Source of the DNA: Alloascoidea hylecoeti
Lineage: Eukaryota
NCBI GenBank assembly: GCA_001600815.1
Contig: BCKZ01000006.1
Coordinates: 1,088,137-1,152,136 of the forward strand
Reading direction: 5' to 3'
Length of the DNA stretch: 64,000 nucleotides
A program made the position numbers and the translations under genes. Shown one piece after another: positions 59,307 to 64,000 of this stretch. The notes under the pieces were generated by a model. The model was not told the DNA's origin. It did no database searches and saw only the letters and a list, made by a program, of their open reading frames with translations. How positions within the stretch are numbered: the first letter of the stretch is position 1; the number at the start of each line of letters is the position of its first letter.

Positions 59307-61674
59307 TTAACCATGTAACAATTTAGAAGATAGCGCTTCAAGATCCGCCAATGTTTCTGGCTCATCGACCTCAATAATTTTAGTACTTTTATCTTTGTTA
59401 TGTCGGTGTTTCTTAGACTTCTTAGTTGGTCTTTCACGATCACTTTCGGATTGTGATTCAGATGTTGATATCGAAGCACTTGATTGATCAAAATTGTTAT
59501 ATATTTCTTCATCAGAAATATCCCCTCCTAGTACCGCCACAGGACCATCGGTACCATCATTTCCCTCAAGTTTGCGAAGTTTTCGTTCAGCTTCCTTTCG
59601 CTTTCTTTTCTTTGCTAATCTTTTATCCTTTTGAAGATCTTTATCATCAACATTAGGGGTTATCATCTGTCCAGTTTCTCCTTCAATAAATTTAGCTTGT
59701 TGTTCAGTTGCAGTACCATCAGCTTTAAAGTCTACCTCACCTTTAAGTTCATAGAGAAAGTGGGGAACTCCATCATCATCAAATATAAGTTTTGTAGGAT
59801 TTCCGTTCTGTTGCAAAGAAGCTTTACGAGAAACGGCACGTTTCATTGCCCTATTTGATGTAGGTAATTTATGTAAATCTGAATCAGCATCATCTTTTAA
59901 ATTATGATCAATTCTTTTAAAAGTCATGAAATCATCAGCATCATCACTTTCATTATCACCATCATTTTTAACAAGGTTTCGGTAATGTGCCGACAATTCA
60001 TCTTGATTATTTCCAGTGAGTAATCTTTGATATTTATCCTTTGGCTGATCATCTTTTTTCTTCTGATTACCATCTTCATCACCTCTTGCAATTGTAAGAA
60101 GTTTTCTTGAAGTATTTTTTAATTCTTTACTTCTATTGCCATTTCCTGAAGGTTTTATAACTATTGGTTCTCCACTTAATCCTAAACTTTCAGCATATTC
60201 TTTTAAAGGAATATAATCAACATTAAAAATAGATTTATCATGCTGAGTTAAAATTGATTTATAATATAAAAGCCCTTCGTGTTAAATTTTTATAATCTGG
60301 AGCTGACTGATCATCACCCTTTTTAGCATATAGATTGTGTAATTCATTTTTAATTGATTTTTTTTTGAGCTTCAGGGATTTTTAAATTATTAACTTCAAT
60401 TTTTTTCATTTGAAGTCTTGCTAACATTCCTTCTTCTTCGGATTTTGTTAATAATAATAAAATTTGACCTTTTCTACCAAACCTCGCAGTTATACCACCT
60501 CCATGAACAAAAGTATCAACATCTTCTGGGGCATCAACTTGTATTACCCAATCAACACTAGGAAAATCCAAACCTCTAGCAACAATATCAGTTGCTAATA
60601 AACAAGCATGTTCAGCCCTTGAAAACTTTGAAGTTCTTTCGATTCTTCCAGCTTGTTTCATTTTTACACTTATAGATATTAATGATATACCAGGCTGTAA
60701 AGTTTTAAAAGTTTCAAAGACAAATCTGACCTGTTTTGAAGTTGAAAAAAATACAATCATTTTGGATTTTGTATGAGTTCTTATAAAACAGTATAAAATA
60801 TTCAATTTATCTTCAACATTAACAATTGAATGACTTTGTTGTGAAGATTTTGGAGTCACTGAAGCATCTTCAGGAGTTGAAGTTATAAACAATGGATTGA
60901 CCAAGTTTAATTGTGCTAAATCACGAATTGGTTTTTGTTGAGTTGCTGAAAACAAAAATGTTTGCCTATCAATTGGTAAACTTTCAATAATATTATCCAT
61001 AGTTTGCTTAAAATAATATTATCATTTTTAAATTTGTTGTATCAAAATCATGAGATTCATAAATATGTTGTAATAATCGACCTGGTGTTCATATAATTAT
61101 ATTTAATTTCCCAATTCTTTCTTTTTCATCATGATAACTTTTCCCACCAGTTAACAAACCAACAGAAAATGAATGTAATTTACCAATGTTTTTTAAAACA
61201 TTAAAAATTTGTATTGCAAGCTCTCTAGTTGGTGATATAACTAAAGCACCCAAGCCATCTAGTTGTGTCCATTTATTACGATATAGAACTTCTAACAATG
61301 GTATTAAAAATGCCAAAGTTTTACCTGGTCCTGTTCGTGCGCTGCTCCAAGAATATCATGTCCTTTAAGTGATTTGATAATTGAACGTCTTTGAATATCA
61401 GTAGTTTTTAGAAAATGAGCTTTTTTAAGCCTTGTAATGTTTCTTTTGATAAAGGAAGATCTGAAAATTGACCTATTGGTGTACTCTCATCATTCTTTAT
61501 TATTTAAAAAGTACATATTAGATTGGGAGTATGAATAGTTTTAAACCAATAAGCTTACAAATTCTTAAATTTTTGTCTCAAGGTCTTCGATGATATCTTC
61601 TTCATTCCTTCTTTTTATCTGTCTTTCAGATAACTTTGAGGTTGTTTTACTCTTCTGTTTTCGTGATTTTCCAT
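59307..61674 (-). pseudogene. DBP4: DBP4/HCA4 DEAD-box rRNA helicase pseudogene
   Basis: Dbp4 motifs [49 protein letters not shown] and EPETLADLEAL are present. Defects: frameshift right after the ATG, in-frame stops, TGPGKT in place of TGSGKT, a deleted DEAD motif, and HGGGITAR in place of HRVGRTAR. The intron 61558-61495 is retained. Confidence 0.9.
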
Positions 61675-62087
61675 TTTCTAAAGAATTCTGTGCTCAACAC
61701 GTGATCTCAAAAAAAAAAAAAATTAAAGCAATGTCGAGCTTTAGTCGAGCCTCTGAGATATATCCCTAATCTAAGTTCGAGTCCTGTGTCGATCTCCTCA
61801 CAATTTTCTGAGTCGGTCGAGGCAGCTCGACCAAATTTTTCGCTGAATTCGAGCTCAAACATTTTTGCGCGACGCGGCCTACACCCTTTACACACGTGTC
61901 ATTCCCGCAGCTGAAAATAGTAATTTCACAATCCGACACCTCTCACTATTGCATATGTATTCATTTGAATATTCAGAAACCGCGAGTTCAAACCAGAGCG
62001 AAAATTCGGGGTGGCTTAAGATTTTGCTCGGAACGAATCCGATCGTAACCCTAGCACATGAAGGAGAAATTGAAGATAGTTAATGGA

Positions 62088-62195
62088 TGCCAACACTAAA
62101 TACTAAATTTGAAATGCCATTATAATACTCTAATAGAATCTCTAGTATCTACGGAACTATGCACTATTTTAGGAATAGTTTATGGCGAAGTATTC
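62088..62195 (+). mobile_element. 3' end fragment of the same Tc1-like family as 24980-26090
   Basis: caacactaaatact.aa...aaa.gccatt, tagaatct.ta.tatctacg and tggcgaagt match the reverse complement of ~24984-25128. Confidence 0.6.
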
Positions 62196-62199
62196 AGTG

Positions 62200-63198
62200 G
62201 TTGGTTATAATATTGCCATCTTTATTTATTAGAGTGAAGGAGATGCATAAGGTTAATCTTGAATCAGCTCTATTCTTTCGTTTTGTTTTTAAGAATTTAT
62301 ATATCTTTGAATATATGCATCTTTCTTTAGTATAAATAATATCATCATGGCCGCAAATGACTCTTGAACCATAATTTCTACCTTCTATGCGGATACTGAA
62401 TTGAATATCAAGCTCTATTGTTGATCTTCGATTTCTGGACTTGATTACCAAACCCCAATACAATGACAATTGGAGAACAAAATATTATCATTATATAGAA
62501 ACACCCCGTCTATCAATCTATCTTCATCGCCATCTTCCACCCACTATCTTCATCACCATCTAGATCTACTGGCATCATCAAACGTTTTATTGGTTCGAAA
62601 TCTGGTAACTTCCAGATTATACATGAATGATCCGATCCAATGAACCAGATATCAAATATTTATCATTGACCTCCAAACAAACAACTTCATCTATATGAGT
62701 TCTGATTTCCTGTTAATTTATAAATTCCAATATCTCCATGTCTGTTGAGTCACCTAAATCAATATATATCTCAATATCTGGGTCTCCTAATACTTTTAAA
62801 CATTGATAAGTTTTACTGTCCCAGATCCTAATAGTAGAATCCTGTGAACCCGTTAAGGTCCAGCTTTTATAGAATTTGACACAATTTATTTCGTCTGAGT
62901 GACCAGTTAATCGATTCTGTGAAAACTTTCCATTCTTCCAATTATTATCTAAACGGTATCGCTGTTTATATAATTCAAACCACGAATGGGGGTTGGGATC
63001 GTTATATTTCCATGCCTCTTTATGGAATTTGGATCTCCATATATTCTCGTTAGCTATCATATGCCTCCAAGATTTGGAGGCTCGTCCACAATTAAGTAAA
63101 GTTTTGAGACACAGATCTGAGAATACAGTAATGGCTAATTCATGAGGGAGAGTGGAGACATCACCAATTGTCCCCTCAAGATTTGGCTGTAAGGCAAT
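62200..63198 (-). pseudogene. F-box/WD40 protein, copy B
   Basis: Collinear with copy A: (I)ALQPNLEGTI..STLPHEL..LLNCGRASKSWR..SWFELYKQRYRLDNNWKNG..GHS..LTGSQDSTIRIWD. ATT sits at the start-codon position (63198), there is an in-frame TAA at 62713, and further frameshifts follow. Confidence 0.85.
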
Positions 63199-63690
63199 AT
63201 AAAATTGTTAGATGGTTGTTCTGATGAAAAATATAAAATTAGAAGGGAGAAGAAAAGGAGGTTTTGGACTTCACTCCCTGTAGGCCTACAACACAACTCG
63301 GTGAATGTGATGAGTCTAGTGGAGTAAAGTTACTATATTTTTACACAAATTACTTGTTTGTGCGTAAACACTCAGTTGAATCTACGACCTAATAAACGAA
63401 TACGGAATGCCTAATTCTATCTAAATAACGAAACTCATTGAAGCAGAATAATGAAATATGTGACACCGTGATATAATAGTACGTATCATTTGTCTCCACG
63501 CAGCTACATTCTCAGATACATCGAATTGAAGGACGCAACACTGTCACGCACATGATTAACGAAATAGAGTCTTACTAGATCAACAATTATTAATTTCCTG
63601 TATGTCGGAAATATACAATAAAATGACGAAGTCTTTCCATCATGGCAAATTCAGGGTGAAAGCTCACTACATATTACATAAGATATAAAT

Positions 63691-64000
63691 TGTTGATCTA
63701 AGATAAGGGTATAAAAAAGCTTATAATAAATAATAGTAATATAGGTAGTTATATACCATTATGTTTACATGTACCAATTATATATACGGTACTCTGTCTA
63801 ATGGTGCCTAATACTGCCTATGGTATCACTAATTGAAATAATTCACTATTACTTGCGTCATCTTAATTGAGTTTGTACTGTAGTCTTAATCAATGGGTAT
63901 ATAATTATAGTCGTATAGCGCAGGAACCTGACATTGGGTTATTGCTTACGTATGGTGCGCGTCACTGAAAATGAACGACTTTTAGGAAAATCAAAGAAAT
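63691..64000 (+). repeat. Direct repeat copy 2 (runs off the window end)
   Basis: Matches 58420-58712. Confidence 0.9.

Noticed and set aside
61730..62060. TCGA/CpG-rich tract with hairpin GGTCGAG-gcag-CTCGACC; considered as tRNA, ncRNA or Helitron end
   Set aside because: No cloverleaf or A/B boxes, and no CTRR-T at the expected position.
1..64000. tRNA, rRNA, CRISPR arrays, intact retrotransposon or viral ORFs, point centromere
   Set aside because: None recognised by eye. The CACGTG sites lie in promoters with no CDEII/CDEIII arrangement seen. Small ncRNAs could have been missed without a covariance-model search.

Overview
AT-rich, intron-containing fungal nuclear DNA. Gene content and motifs suggest an early-branching ascomycete yeast (inference). 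Blocks of compact housekeeping genes alternate with gene-poor tracts. The housekeeping genes are an amino-acid permease, mitochondrial RRF, MSC7-like ALDH, FLC, CPA2, a YOR238W-like gene, a POC4-like gene, DFR1, an EAP1-like gene, a yapsin-like protease, an MDR oxidoreductase, an ODC carrier, CPA1 with a spliced arginine-attenuator uORF, MPE1, IPL1, a SET methyltransferase and uricase. The gene-poor tracts hold decayed DNA transposons (Tc1-like, pogo/Fot1-like, Helitron-like), three broken F-box/WD40 paralogs, a divergent SKP1 plus a SKP1 fragment, and a DBP4 pseudogene between direct repeats. The most notable signals: (1) a ~680-bp palindrome built from a Helitron/PIF1 helicase fragment, plus a second transposase-like inverted repeat, both candidate hairpin-siRNA loci; (2) apparent birth-and-death of SCF components (F-box/WD40 and SKP1); (3) sharp GC-rich islands (up to ~77% GC by hand count against ~20% background) cutting through ordinary genes; (4) a 42-nt tandem intergenic gap suggesting a dicistronic mRNA; (5) an intact 8-exon ~900-aa gene I cannot identify. 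All gene models, alignments and GC counts were made by eye; no database searches were run.
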